Shown here one piece after another: positions 1-16,689 of a stretch of DNA of 64,000 nt. The notes below the pieces were generated by a model. That model searched no databases. It worked only from the letters and a program-made list of their open reading frames with translations, and was not told where the DNA came from. Every line of letters starts with the position of its first letter. Position 1 is the first letter of the stretch. The translations under genes were made by a program, and so were the position numbers. The DNA is from Octopus vulgaris (lineage: Eukaryota): positions 110,174,001 through 110,238,000 of the forward strand of contig OX597819.1 in assembly GCA_951406725.2 (NCBI GenBank), in the 5' to 3' direction.

Positions 1-1750
<1,750 letters not shown>

Positions 1751-1789
1751 ATTAAATGTTTACATTAGATAAGCAAATCCCGAATCTGA

Positions 1790-2645
1790 TTAGTCTACCA
1801 ACTTTGGTATATCTTCGCACGACACCTTGTCTTTATCCTTTTTCTTTCTGCACAATTTCCCCAGAAAACTTTTCTTTCTCCCCTGTGATGCGTTGCTTTT
1901 CCCAGACTTAACGCTCTCTTGTGACTTAAAAGCAACTGAGTTAACACTCTCCTGCGATTTAGTGAAAGCCTTTTTTCTTTGGCTTTCGTTGGACTCCGCA
2001 GATGTTTCTCGATCTGTCGGTGGATTTACTTCTATTATGCCCTCTGCACTGCACCTCGGAAATGGTATTTCGCATCCATTTGAAGGTTCTCGGCGGCATG
2101 CCTGTTTGCACATACTTTCGTCAGGTTTAGGATCATTTGTGGAACTAGCTCCTGACTTAACGCTGGCGTATGACTCCTTCGAAACTTCTCGGCTGGCTGA
2201 CGCCTTTTTCGACTTTTTACCTTTTTTCTTGGGTGTTTCTTCTTGGTCATAAGGAAAGCACCTAGAACCTGACTTAGCGCCGTCTTGCGGGACTTCTTGG
2301 GTGGATTGCTTTTTGGACTTTTTGCCTTTTTTCTTTGGTAGTATATCTGAAAAGCATCTTCTCTCCGATCTCTTACTTCCGTCTTGTGATTCTTTAGATG
2401 ATTCTCGGCTGCATTGCTTTTTGGATTTTTTGCCCTTTTTCGGTGGCGATTCTTCTTCTTCTTGAAAGGTTATTCCGGCCATTCTTAAATAGACCAAGTA
2501 CCTGAGTACTGCAGTAAATATATCTGCTTTGCCACGGAATTCCGCGTTGGTATAAGATGGCAAAAGAGGTACGAGAAGGACGGAAGCGAATACTTTTATC
2601 ATGCAATCAGGCTTTGGAGTTTTCTTGGAGGCCAACCGGTACAAA
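1790..2645 (-). CDS. BCR/ABR-like terminal exon B (distal): RhoGAP C-terminus plus long K/S/E-rich repetitive tail
   Basis: Acceptor ttttttcacag|tttgtac, phase 2; 284 open codons to TAA; homologous to exon A (39/64 aa identical by hand count); KKGKKSKK repeated three times. Confidence 0.8.
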
Positions 2646-3479
2646 CTGTGAAAAAAATTGAAAAAAAAAAATAGAGACGGGATAGTCACAGCTAGAGTGT
2701 CTTTAGTTATAGGTCTGCTCAATTAGAGCTGACCTGGGACTAAACAACAACACCTACAACAACAGCAGCGTAAACAATAATAACATCTACAGCAACAACG
2801 TCAAAAACAATAACTAAAGGTTAGAAGGAAATCATAAGTTTGTTACGTGAAAATGTCGACTTGAATGGGAACAAACTGAGGAATATATTTTGTACGTGAA
2901 CCTCATAGGTTTTTATTTATGACCCAAATACACACACAAACACACACACACTAAAAACTATACGTGTGCGTGCGCTTTCTGGAATACGCACATATTGCTG
3001 TCATACTCATGCATACAGAGAATACCTAGTTAGATATATTGATCTATGATACACACATAGACAAATATAATCACGCTTTCACACGTACCTCCACTTATAT
3101 GTCGATCAAAATAGCCATTCGTGAAGGACTAATAATAGCCAGAATCAAATAACGGACTTTTAGTATTAAAAAACAGCGAGAAAATGTGTGTGTGTGCGCA
3201 TACAAACACACAAACACACACACATACACACACACACACACACACGCATCGTGTAAAATTTCAATTTTAGTGTTGAGACACTTCTTTGACAGGCAGAGTT
3301 TTACTCCTTGGATCCATTTGCATTGGTCTTTGGCTTCTCCAGACCTTCCATTTAATGCCATTGGTGGATTTTCTGTTTTTGTAAAAGCAGATAAGGCCTG
3401 CAAATATGATGACTCTCCAGTCATCTGGATGTTTGAAGAATGACAAATGGTTATTGGATCTTCATTTAAATAGACTTTC

Positions 3480-4600
3480 GGTGGTGCGTATATAACGTTT
3501 ATATCTCCACTTTTCGATTCGGCGTGGTTGAGGTGATCTTTGCTTTATATGCGACTGATCTGGTGCTACTTGTTTTGTCTAAAGAACGTTTATCTTTCTT
3601 TCTACATGAACTTTTTATTTCCAATTGCCATTTTTTCCCCTTGTGTTACTGATTCCGTATAGAGAGCGCAGTAGTAACTGATTTTTAGGTGCATCGGTTG
3701 AAGCTCTTATAAAGACAGTGTACTGGGAAATACTTGTCTAAAATGCCAGTTATGTCCTTCGTAGATTAGTTTTAACGTTTAAAGAGAAATGTGTTGCGAA
3801 CAAGATGATTTTACTGATATTATTACTGGATCTTTTGGTTCTGGTGGTGGATATAGACTTACTTTTCCTTGAGGCTGCTGCTTATCAGGACTCTGTTATG
3901 GTAGGGATTGTGTTGTCAAAACTCTCTTTACAGGAGAACAGATTGGAAATGCTAAGACTTACGTTGGAAATGTGCTTTATAAAGATTATAGTGAGTGGTA
4001 GGAATGTTTATTAAGATAACTTAATTATTCATTTGGCTTATGAAAACTTTTATAGATGCTTGATTTTAGATTCAATAATGTGGCTAAGAAGTCTACTTTC
4101 ATTAAATTAATGTCTCGACGTAAACCGATGGTGTAAATTAAAATATCTCTATCTCTGCTGTCTAATATATTAATCTGACTAAATTACATCTAGCAGGTAT
4201 CTAGATATTGCAAGGAAAGTATCTCATGCCTAACATCAAATATGGGTGACTTTAGCTCAAGGCTTATTTGTAATATTCCCCATGTGTTGTTATTACATTC
4301 TAGTTAAAGATTTAGATTTCACATGCAATTTTGTCAGCTGAAAAATCATATAAATACATCTCATTATGCGTACTTCTCACTGCTCTTTGGCAGCTAACCA
4401 GCTTGGGTAAAACGAGTCTAAATTCAATGATCTTGTCGACGTTTCGATGGATTCGACAAACACAAATGACTAAATTTGATATAAATTGCCAACTATTCTA
4501 TCATAATGACCATTGTTGGTATAGCTACTTTGGCAAGCACTTAATTAGCAAGTTAGATAACATGGCCAATTCATGCAACTTCGGATTTTAAAATGATTGA
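3480..4600 (-). mobile_element. Heavily decayed Penelope-like retroelement fragment
   Basis: Remnant motifs on the minus strand resemble RT KVDFL and the Cys-rich CRKKDKxSLDK...SVAYKA lead-in to GIY-YIG; many stops. Confidence 0.5.
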
Positions 4601-4700
4601 ATCATTACATTGATGGACAGAACACCAAAGCCAAACTGCGGAAAACTCCTCTCACAATCGAATAAGTGCGCCAGAACATTAAAATATACCGATAAAGATA

Positions 4701-5621
4701 TACGAGGTGGTATCAAAATGTTCCTGGACTAGTTATGCTTAATAAAAAAAATAACTTATTTACCTAATTTTAACATCATCTCCTTCGAAATAGTCATCTT
4801 GCGCAGCAATACACCCGTCTCAGTGTTCCTGCCACTTTTAGGATCCAGCTTGAAAGTCATTTTCTGTGAGTAAATCGAGGACCTTCTGCGAATTGCTCTG
4901 GATCTCGACAACGGTGTTAAAACGATGACCTTTGAGCTGCATTTTCATCTTAGAGAAGAAATAGAAGTCCGCCGGTGGTAAATTTGGCGAATAAGGCGGG
5001 TTGAATGTTGAATTTTTTGGCGAGAAACTCATGAGTGACAAGAACTCGGTGACAGCTTGGTGAATAAGGTGAGACCGGTCTTCGCGCTTCACAGATCCGG
5101 TCGCTTTCGTCGAATGTCCTCCCGCAAACGCTTCCAAACGTGGCAGGAGAACTCTCGATTGACTGTTTGACCATGGCGGACGAATTCTCGATGCACAGTA
5201 CCGTGGGTGTCAAATAAAAATTACGAGTATGTTTTTGATTGAGGTGTGGTTCCGTCGTACCTTCTTCGGTCGCGGAGATGAAGTCCTCTTCCATTGTGAC
5301 AACTACTGCTTCGTCTCCGGGTATTCCAGAGACGTTTTCCGCTTTTGAAGCACCTGTGCCACTCGAAACGCGTACGGCCCATTGCTTCGTTATTGTAAGC
5401 TAGCCGAAACATGCTCAATGTCTCTGTAGCAGACTTCCCAAGTTTCATGCAAAATTTCACGTTGATTCTTTGTTCCTGTCCATGACAAAATCGCACACTA
5501 CAGCTTACACGTGATCACAAAAACGCAAAGTACTGCTAGCTCTCACTGCGTACGCAACCATGTACTGCCATCAGTTGGCGTGCTACAGGACTATTCCGGG
5601 AAGTTTTGATATGACCTCGTA
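4701..5621 (-). mobile_element. Degenerate, internally deleted mariner transposon with both TIRs
   Basis: TIRs tacgaggtggtatcaaaatgttcc / ggaagttttgatatgacctcgta with TA ends; EQRINVKFCMKLGKSATETL HTH; PYSPNLPPADF motif. Confidence 0.9.
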
Positions 5622-5961
5622 TAAATACACATACATACATACATACATACATACATACATACATACATACATACAAGCATACATACATACATACATACAT
5701 ACATACATACACACATACACACATACATACATAGATACATGTGTATGCACACACACGCATACACACAAACACATATATGTATGTATTTAAGTGTATATAT
5801 ATATATATATATATAAGCATATATATATGTGCATATATATATATACATACATATACATAGATATATATGTGTGTGTCTGTGTGTCTGTGTGTGTGCATAT
5901 ATATATGTTTATATATATATATATATACATAGATATATATATATATATATATATATACAGA

Positions 5962-7843
5962 CCAGGGTTTTCCGAAAATCCGTCAAGGGCTGTGAAACGA
6001 AAACTATTTTTTGGCTTATATAACCGCCCACCTATAATAAGCGCCCATGGGCGGTAATATGGAAGTAAAATATTTCACCTGGGAAAAACAACGATATTCT
6101 CAAAAACCATATTTATTTTATACAATTCCTTTGAACTTCTATCGCTTCAGTTATCAGATATATAGACATAAAGAAACTGAAACCACATTAAAAGAAGTAG
6201 CATATTAAAAAATATTCTGGATCTATTAGGAAATATTGAAAATTAAACTGTTGAAAACATGAATAGAAGCCTCCTATGAACAAATAATGTCCTTGGGCAT
6301 TTATGGTAGAATTATAACCGAATAGTTTCAAGTTAAATATCACGAATTTCTTCATTTGTTGCTTGGCCGTAATTCACATCAGAGCAAATTTCATTTGTAT
6401 CTCATCTTCAATTTTGTCATTATGAGCATCTGGTGCATTTACCTCAAGTCCAGACAAAACATTCTGTAAGCGTGAGTTTAAGACGCTCTGTTCTTACAGT
6501 CTGTCCACTATGAGCAATTCCACAGCGTTCAAAAGCACGCGTTATAGTTTCTTTATTCAAAGTGGCAACATCTTGGGTCACAAAGTTCACTATCTCTTGA
6601 TAAGGTTTTTTGCGATATCCTTTATTTGTATGCTCCTTTTTGCCGTTTGAAAACCAATTCTCCCGTTCTGCACGAAGGGCTTTCTTGAAAGGGCCAATAA
6701 TTGATACATCTAACGGCTGCAAGTAACATGTTGTTTTAGGAGGAATAAGTTTGAGAATTGTATTCCTACGATTGAACACTTCTAGCAGCTCTGATTTCTT
6801 GTGCACTGAGCATTCATCCATGAATAGCACTGAATTTTGAGCATGGAATAATTGTGCTGTTCTCTGCCCAAACACTTTGTCGGCCCACAGCTGCATGAGT
6901 TCATATGTGATTGATCTCTTGTTGGAGACTTATGTAAATATTCTTTGGGACCTTAATTTTAGGCACGTTTTTCAATCCTTTAAGGATAATCATTGTTTTT
7001 AACACCTTTCCTGCAACATTAACACACAACACAACAGTAAAACCAGGTTTGGTAGCACCACAGAAGCTAGCATCTACATTTTTATTGCCAAAAATGTCTA
7101 TGGTTATTGAACTCAACATGACAACGTATACAGGTGTTTCATTCATATTATAAATCTGGTCAGCATCCTTATATGCTGCTAATACTGGAATGCTATCTAG
7201 ATAGTCACTGGCGATTTGTGCCTTTTCTCCAAGTGCTTTATTGTCTGCTTGACCAACATGTGTAATCTTTCTCAGAGTCCGTTTATTCTGTTTCATGAAA
7301 TTGAAAATCCAGTTATCAGAACGTCTAAAGCTGTTCATTTCAATTCCAAACCTTTTTACCAATTCGAACGTATATTCCCGTAAACGGCGATAATTTACAA
7401 TTATATTGTTTGCACGCTGAAAAAGAATTCACTGTAAGAGTTCAATCTCCAGATCCCTGTGCTGGTCCTCTACCTCCACAAATTGATCTGCGCCTCCCCT
7501 GGTTTGACATATGGTTTAACTCAGTTTAACTCAATCGTTTTCTATCAATACCTGTCTCTTGAAGTAGCAGATAAATTGCCAGAATGTTCTTTTACTCGTT
7601 TAATAGGACTCAATTTTTCACTCATGGTATATGATCGTCGAACACGCTTTGATATATTTTCTTTCGACTTCATTATTGGGAATAAAAATCCTTTGAATTT
7701 ATCTACAGACGGAGAGCAAATGAACGCCTTAACAGAATGCAAACAAGAACACTCTGTTTCAACTTTTAACCTCAAATAACCGCCCATCAAAATAAACGCC
7801 CATGGAAGATCTAATGGATGGGCGGATTTTCGGAAAGCCCCGG
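5962..7843 (-). mobile_element. pogo/Tigger-like DNA transposon, frameshifted
   Basis: TIRs ccagggttttccgaaaatccg / cggattttcggaaagccccgg; CENP-B-type HTH (SDNWIFNFMKQN); DDE_1 motifs IYNMNETP, LFMDECSVH, TCYLQPLDVSIIGPFK; sits within (TA)n. Confidence 0.9.
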
Positions 7844-7883
7844 TATATATATATATATATATATACATACATATATATATATA

Positions 7884-7917
<34 letters not shown>

Positions 7918-7937
7918 TATATATATATGTATTTATA

Positions 7938-8045
<108 letters not shown>

Positions 8046-8404
8046 TTATATATACTACATATATAATATATATATGTTATTATTATTATTATTATTATTA
8101 ATATTATTATTATTGTTATTATTATTATTATTATTATTATATGATTGAACGCCACACATCCATTTCTAAGTAAGCTTATATATATGTATATATATATATA
8201 TATATAGTCTTCTATTACTGGTTTCAGTCATAGGATTGCAGCCCTGCTGGATCACCACTTTGAAGCTTCAGTTGGTCAAATGAGCCCAATAATTATTTTA
8301 AATGTGGTTCCTATCCTGTAGAGTCTTCTTTCTGCATATTCGTGTGCGTATGTGCATGCATGCATACATATACACACGTACATATATGTATATTCAAACA
8401 TACG

Positions 8405-8580
<176 letters not shown>

Positions 8581-8604
8581 GGTTTGGAGGTGATGTACAG
8601 GTAT

Positions 8605-9983
8605 TGTATATTAGTAGAAATAAGGTACTCTGTATGCTTTAATATGTTAATATTTTATTAATATGTCACATGTTTTTATAAATCATATATAAGCGCTTTC
8701 ATCTACTCTAGTAGACTCTTCAGATTTGAATGTGTTTGAGATGTTCCACTCTTTTTATAGTATTATTGAGTGTGTAGGGGTGGGGAGAGATATAGGACAG
8801 TAGAAGAGGGTTTAGAATGGGGAGAAAGTGAGAGAGAGTGTGTGTGTTTTGTATGCGTGTGTGTGCATGTGGTATGTGTATGTATTTGTGGTGGTGGTGG
8901 GGGAGTTGAGTGTGTGTGTGTGTATCTGAAAGGAGTGTCAATGGAAAAGAGAAAAATACCTTTACATCTTTACAGCTGGTCAGTTCTTTCAATAGAAGGT
9001 GATGAGTTGATTCTTGGCCTTTAAAAATGGCAAAACCAGGTGGCTACTTTGAGGCGGGTCTTGGTAGAAGGAAACATTTTGTTTGCATCTATACAGCTGT
9101 TCAGTTCTTTCAATAGAAGATGACAAGTTGGTTAATAACTTTTGTTAACCAACTTGTCATCTACTATTGAAAGAACTGAGCAGCTGTATAGATGTAAACA
9201 CAGTTTTTCTTCTACTCCTTAGAGTACCCACCTGGTTTTGCTATTTTTAAAGGCTAAGAATCAACTCATCACTTTCTATTGAAAGAACTGACCAGCTATA
9301 AAGATGTAAACACATTTTTTCTTCTTCCTCTCTTCCTTCTTTCTTCTCTTCTCTTTTCCATTGACACTTCTTTCAGATACACACACACACACACACGCAG
9401 ACATATACACACACACTCTCTCTCACTGGACAATGATGATGACAATGATAATAAATCCAGACAATTTTTTGAAAAATAACTTTTATCAAGACCCCCCTCA
9501 AGATTAGCCCCCTGGTTTTGGTATTTTTAAAGGCCAAGAATCAACTTATCACTTTCTATTGAAAGAACTAACCAGCTGTAAAGATGTAAACAAATTTTTT
9601 CTTCTTTCTCTCTTCCTTCTTTCTTTCCTTCTCTTTTCCATTGACCCTCATTCCACATACACAGACACACACATACACACACACACAAACACATACACAG
9701 ACACACACACACAAACACATACACAGACACACACACACAAACACACACACACTCTCTCTCACTTTCTCCCCATTCCAAACCCTCTTTTACTGTCCCATAT
9801 CTCTCCCCACCCCTACACAGTCAATAATACTATAAAAAGAGAGGAATCATCTCAAACACATTCAAATCTGAAGATTCTACTAGAGTAGATGCAAGCGCTC
9901 ATGTATGATTTATAAAAACATATGACATATTAATTAAAAATCTGTAAATATAAAACCATCCAGATTTCTGAGTACCTTATTTC

Positions 9984-9990
<7 letters not shown>
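8605..9990. repeat. ~1.4-kb foldback (inverted repeat) element with hammerhead motifs in both arms
   Basis: 8605-9135 is the reverse complement of the right side; centre gacaagttggttaa-taactttt-gttaaccaacttgtc near 9140; the right arm has an internal duplication (9230-9420 / 9510-9720). Confidence 0.88.
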
Positions 9991-10043
<53 letters not shown>

Positions 10044-10335
10044 CGAAGGTATTTTGGTAAGCAAAGTCGATTTTTACAATTCTGTAAATAATTAATAGTA
10101 ATATTTAATAAGCATAAAGCTTATGCTTGTGTGTGTTTGTCTGTGTGTGTGTCTGTTTGCGTGAGTGTGCGCATGTACGTGTATGTGTGTGTGCATGTGT
10201 GCGTGCGTACGCGTACGTCTACAAAATTCTGTGAATCCATCTGATTTCTCAAATCCTCGAAATATTCGGTTTGAAATTAGTATGAAGCCCGAGACTCCGG
10301 AGTAAACCCAAATCGAATGTCGTTCAGCCTAACTT

Positions 10336-10376
<41 letters not shown>

Positions 10377-10516
10377 TTCTCTTTATCTCTCTCTATTATA
10401 TACATATGTGTGTGTGTTTGTGTATGTGTGCGTATGTATATATATATATATATATAAATATATATATGTATGTATATATGTATGCATAAGACATGTGGAT
10501 AATAGATACATACACT

Positions 10517-10577
<61 letters not shown>

Positions 10578-10582
10578 ATGTA

Positions 10583-10621
<39 letters not shown>

Positions 10622-10651
10622 ATATGTATGCATAAGACATGTGGATGATAG

Positions 10652-10697
<46 letters not shown>

Positions 10698-11298
10698 CAT
10701 ATGCATGTACGTAGGTATGTATGTATATAAATTTCGCACTAAACATTCTGGTAAGACCAAAGTCAAAATAGACAGCTGTTATATCGAATGGTTCGAGGAG
10801 CAGAAGTGATGAGAGACCGATGTTTGGTTTTCCAAGTCAGATGTTGTATAGATGCCCCTTTAAATCGACCGGCTAAATTGAAGCTGTTTTGGCTGATATA
10901 TTTGGCGTTGCACATTAAGTATTTATAACAACAGATGACTTTAGTTTATAATGTTGGTAAAGCAACCAGAAGGCGCGAAGGTTTGATTCCGTGATGGATG
11001 TGGTGTTGGTGAGGAATAGACAAATAACTGATTATCTGAATTAGCTTCTTGCTCTCGGATATATTTCAATTTTGCATGAAGGCAAAAGCAAAATGGTATC
11101 CGAGGAAAGGCGGTTAGGAAGGAGGGGAATACGCAACTGATCAATAGCAGGAAACAGCAGATGAACACCTATCAAGACTTTTATTCCTGCTTTCCCGTAC
11201 ACATATGTATGTATGTGTGAGTGTGTGTGTATGCGTGCGTGTGTGAGTATTTGTGTGTGTGTGTTTGAGTGCGCGTATATATATATAGAGAGAGAGAC

Positions 11299-11921
<623 letters not shown>

Positions 11922-12772
11922 ACAAACACACAGAACACACCCCCACACATGCATACATGCATACATGCATACATACATACATACATACATACATACATAC
12001 ATACATACATACATACATAAATACATACATACATACATACTTATATACATACAGACATACATAGGGTAGAATTCACAAAACAAAAACAAAAGACGAAGAC
12101 AGGTGGTGTAGACAACAATCAGATGTATTAGTATAACGCTCGAGAAGTGAAAGCGTCTTTAACGTTTCGAGCCTACGCTCTTCCACTGAAAGGAATTCAT
12201 ACATACATACATACATACATACATACATACATACATACATACATACATACATACATACATACATACATACATACACACATAAGATCATATCAGTATATAC
12301 AGGATATAGAAATGGATAGAAGAATAACGAAAGTACCGAACAAAAGCACAGTCATGTAAACTTACACATACTAGTACACCTACACTGACTCTATATACAT
12401 ATTAACTTTACTTTTCATGTGAAAATATTAAAAGTTTCTATATGCTTTGAAATCGCATTCCTTAACCACAGCTTTTCATTGAACTTCTGTAAAACACCAC
12501 ACCAAACCATGTCTGTTCTTTAACAAAAATGGTGTTCAAGATGTCGCTACGATCAACTTAGAGTTCCTTCAAACTATTTATATTTAGACATTATAATCTG
12601 AATATCGATATGTCTGCTTTCCAACCTTCAAGAGAGCGATATGCATATGGCGTGTGTATGTATGTCTGGCTGTGTGGGAATACCTATTCATATGTGTGTG
12701 AGTGTGTGAATGAGTGTGTGTGTACAAACGCTCACGGGCATATGTATATATACATATTTATATATGTCAATG

Positions 12773-12840
<68 letters not shown>

Positions 12841-12920
12841 TGTGTGTGTGACCGCTTATGTATCGTTGGCGATTTTTTCCTCCGTCTTCCCTTCCTTGGA
12901 TCATTCCTTTTTCTATGTTT

Positions 12921-12948
12921 CTGACGAAGAGCTCCGCTCGAAACGTTA
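12921..12948 (+). ncRNA. Minimal hammerhead ribozyme motif (Penelope terminal-repeat type)
   Basis: CTGACGA-a-GAGC-tcc-GCTC-GAAACGTTA, with palindromic AACGTT stem III. Confidence 0.65.
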
Positions 12949-14723
12949 AATTCTCCTTTCTTTCCTTTCCTGAGCGTCCAACATCACTATACTTGTTCTA
13001 CGTCCTCGCGCTGTTGTGTTTTCTCTTTGTGTTTTCATGTTTGGATTAACTTCATATATATATATATACACACATATAGAAGTTATATATATATATATAT
13101 TACTCCAGATGTAGTAAACGCGAAATCATCGGTGATTTAGCTGCGACCATAGGGAGTTTGTCTCCCTTGTCAGTTCATTAAGATAATGCTTTTGTTGGCT
13201 ACTGAGTTGTTTTGACTCTTATTTCTAGCATTACTGGTACCTTGTTCACTTCAGTGACGTATATATATTTTTGCCTTTAGGTTGTAAAATTGCGAATTAG
13301 CCACCCATATTACAAGTTATATATATATATATGTATACATGTATCGATGTATATGTATTTAAATGTGTATGTCTATTGTATTTTTATGTGTACACACACA
13401 CATACACTAACACACAGACGAGCATACAGAAACTAACTTAAAAACTAAACGAATCAACGAAGAAATCGCTATGCGACAGTCTGGGACTTGTAAAGGAAGT
13501 CTCTCAAATCACGCCCTTTATGTTACTTGGAACGTATGAGATAATATAACGATAGATACACCGAAAAATTAGTATGATAACGTAAGGGCGTCTCTGATCA
13601 TAAATATAAGTGTAACTACAGACTGGTGCAACCCTCCTTTACTCGCATTTGTTTCTGCAAAGCCCTTTAAAAAATGCTTCCATGAGATTTTTTCTGAGAT
13701 GCATTTTCGATAGATTACTATAATTGTAATCTTATTTTTAAAAATTATGAAGAATTTCGGATAATTTTGTCTACTTTCCTAATTGTTTAGTCGTAATTCT
13801 CTTTAAAATGAATGATATTTTGCAGAATTTGTAAGTGTAAATTTCTAAAGTTGTTTCAAGGATATACATAAGACAAAAACACATGGAGAAATGCTAAAGC
13901 TACAGATTTAATGTTGATAGTCGGAACCAGAAAGAAGCTAGTGAGAGAACCATCTGAAACTTCCTCAATATATATTTCTTTTCTAAATTTTACTGGCATA
14001 ATTGTGTTCTACACCAACCTCGAAATCCCATTTGTCCAACGTGTCATTTTAAAAATAATAATTTTAAAAGAGAGTTATGAGAAAATGAATTCGGGGAGAA
14101 ACGAATGATTTCAAGTCGCTGAAAATTTGTTCAACTTTTATCAGTACAAACGTAATTTACATTCCTAAAAACGCATCTCTTCACTATTTCATTAAAACAT
14201 ATGTGATGTTCAGAAAGTCATGCGGAAACAAAGTGGTGACCAGGACCACCAACTTGTAGATATACCCTATACTTGATCAATATTGACTTATAAACTAAAC
14301 AAAAATAACGAGAAGAACAACAACATCGACAAAGACGATAAGAAGTAAATCTCGTATAACGCAGACCAAGATAACCATATAAAAGTAGGATGAGAAAGAA
14401 AATTTTCACCGAAAAATCGAAAAATATAACAAACAATAAAAAATAAATAAGAAGAGACTTCTTATCTAAATATATTGATTTTTATTTCTTTTTAAAGAAA
14501 TAGGTATTTTAAGAATAATGTTATTCTTGTCAATAGAAAGTGCTGTTTGTTCGAAAGTTAAAAATTTCATTTCAGTCGAATGTTTCAATTCTCCATGTTA
14601 AATCTTTACAACGCTGGATATTGTCCGTTCTGGGGGGATCATCAAAGCTCCTCTATTGGCTTTAGTTGTGGATTTATTTATACACATCTCACCCATGCAT
14701 GCATGCACTAATGTATTCATATA

Positions 14724-14786
<63 letters not shown>

Positions 14787-14847
14787 TATATACATGCATA
14801 CATATATATATATATATATAAACATATATATATTTACATATATATAA

Positions 14848-14883
<36 letters not shown>

Positions 14884-15209
14884 TTATATACAAACACACA
14901 TATATATATTTGTATGTATATATGTATATATATACATATACGTATACATATACATATGCGTCTGTGCATGCATATGTACGTGTCTGTCTGTTCTCCAATT
15001 ATATAAACATTTACTTATTGTTCACTTCAGTTTCGATGATTTAACTTGCCTTCCTTAGTCCGTCCAAACAGTACTTACATTGTCTTTTTTTCTTTTTTTT
15101 TTTTTTCTTTTCTGCCCTTTTTAGTAGATGGTGGCATCGATTCACGAGAACGTGACGCACTTCGCCCCGGTGCCTTTCCTGAATCGTTGGATGACTCATG
15201 GCTTTTGGA

Positions 15210-15555
15210 TTATACGGAACATTTCTGGTCTTCATTTCCAGGTTTTCCATCTTTTTTATCTTTTTTATCTTTTTTATCTTTTTTATCTTTTTTATCGTTT
15301 TTATCGTTTTTATCGTTTTTATCGTTTTTATCGTTTTTCTTTTTGTCTCCGCCTTCATTCTGCTCTTCATCGTCAAAGTCTATACCATGCATTCTCAGTT
15401 GTACGTAATACCTGAGCGCTGTAGCACATGTGTCGGTTTTGCTTTTGAATTCGTCACTGCTATACGATGGCAAATGAGGTATAAGGATAACGGAAGCAAA
15501 AACTTTTATCATGCCGTCAGGTTTCGGAATTTGCTTGGCGGCCAACAGGTACAAA
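15210..15555 (-). CDS. BCR/ABR-like terminal exon A (proximal): RhoGAP C-terminus plus (DKN/DKK)n tail
   Basis: Acceptor tttttcctag|tttgtac, phase 2; reads LYLLAAKQIPKPDGMIKVFASVILIP...ALRYYVQL; stop TAA at 15212-15210. Confidence 0.8.
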
Positions 15556-15733
15556 CTAGGAAAAATGAGAGAGAAAAAAAAAAAGACGGGATTGTCACGG
15601 CTGCTATGCCTTTGATCATAGGTCTGTTCGATATGGGTTGACTTAGATCTTAACAACAAAAACAATGATGACAAACACAACAATAACAACATCATCATCC
15701 CCCTCCTCCTCCTCCTCATCATCATCGTCATCG

Positions 15734-15775
<42 letters not shown>

Positions 15776-15977
15776 ACACAACAATAACAAATGCGTGGAA
15801 GACATACTAAGCTGATATAATTTGGAAAGAGTGTTCGATACGTAAATTATTGACGAATCAAAAGTGCCCGTTTTGATCATCCCAAAATACAATAGAATAA
15901 ATATATAGGTTTCAGCCAACGCTGTTTGATTAAATTATTTCAGACTATTTAAATGCACTAAAACACACTAAACATTC

Positions 15978-16033
<56 letters not shown>

Positions 16034-16228
16034 GCATACATACATACATGCATACATACATACATGCATACATACATACATACATACATACATACATACA
16101 AAAACACCCTGTTGGTGTTTTGGAAATTCCCATGAAGGACCCTTGGATCTAGGTTAGAAACCGGCCCTTTTTCTATTGGAAAGAAATCTTGAAATAAAAC
16201 TGAATAATGACCTACACACACGAGCGCG

Positions 16229-16265
<37 letters not shown>

Positions 16266-16689
16266 ATATGTATATATACACTCACACACGAGGAAAATAA
16301 TTTTGTATGTAAGCATACACATACCCTGTTTATTTGTGTGTGTGTGAGTAAAAATGAACTATACATATACATTTACTCGCTTGTAGCCAAATGGTTACGG
16401 ACTTTCCTTCACAACTACGAGATTTCGGGTTCCTTTCTACTGTATGGCATCATAAACAAGTGCCTTTTTTGCCTCGGGTGGATCGACCTACAACTTGTGA
16501 CTGAAACTAGGTAGATACAAACTGTATAGAAGCCTTTCAAGAGGGCAGATTTGTTATACACTGCACTCAGCTGATTTTTCCTGACAATTATAGTAAGCGT
16601 ATACGTGCCTGTGAAATGCCGTGCATTTACAAGAGGATTCAATGGGCAGAAAGAAAAGAAAAAAGGTCAATAAATACTTGCCATTACAT

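Noticed and set aside
2646-2722. N-terminal part of the 310-aa ORF (and 15556-15779 of its paralogue)
   Set aside because: It lies upstream of a clear splice acceptor and consists of polypyrimidine tract and repeat, so it is intronic.
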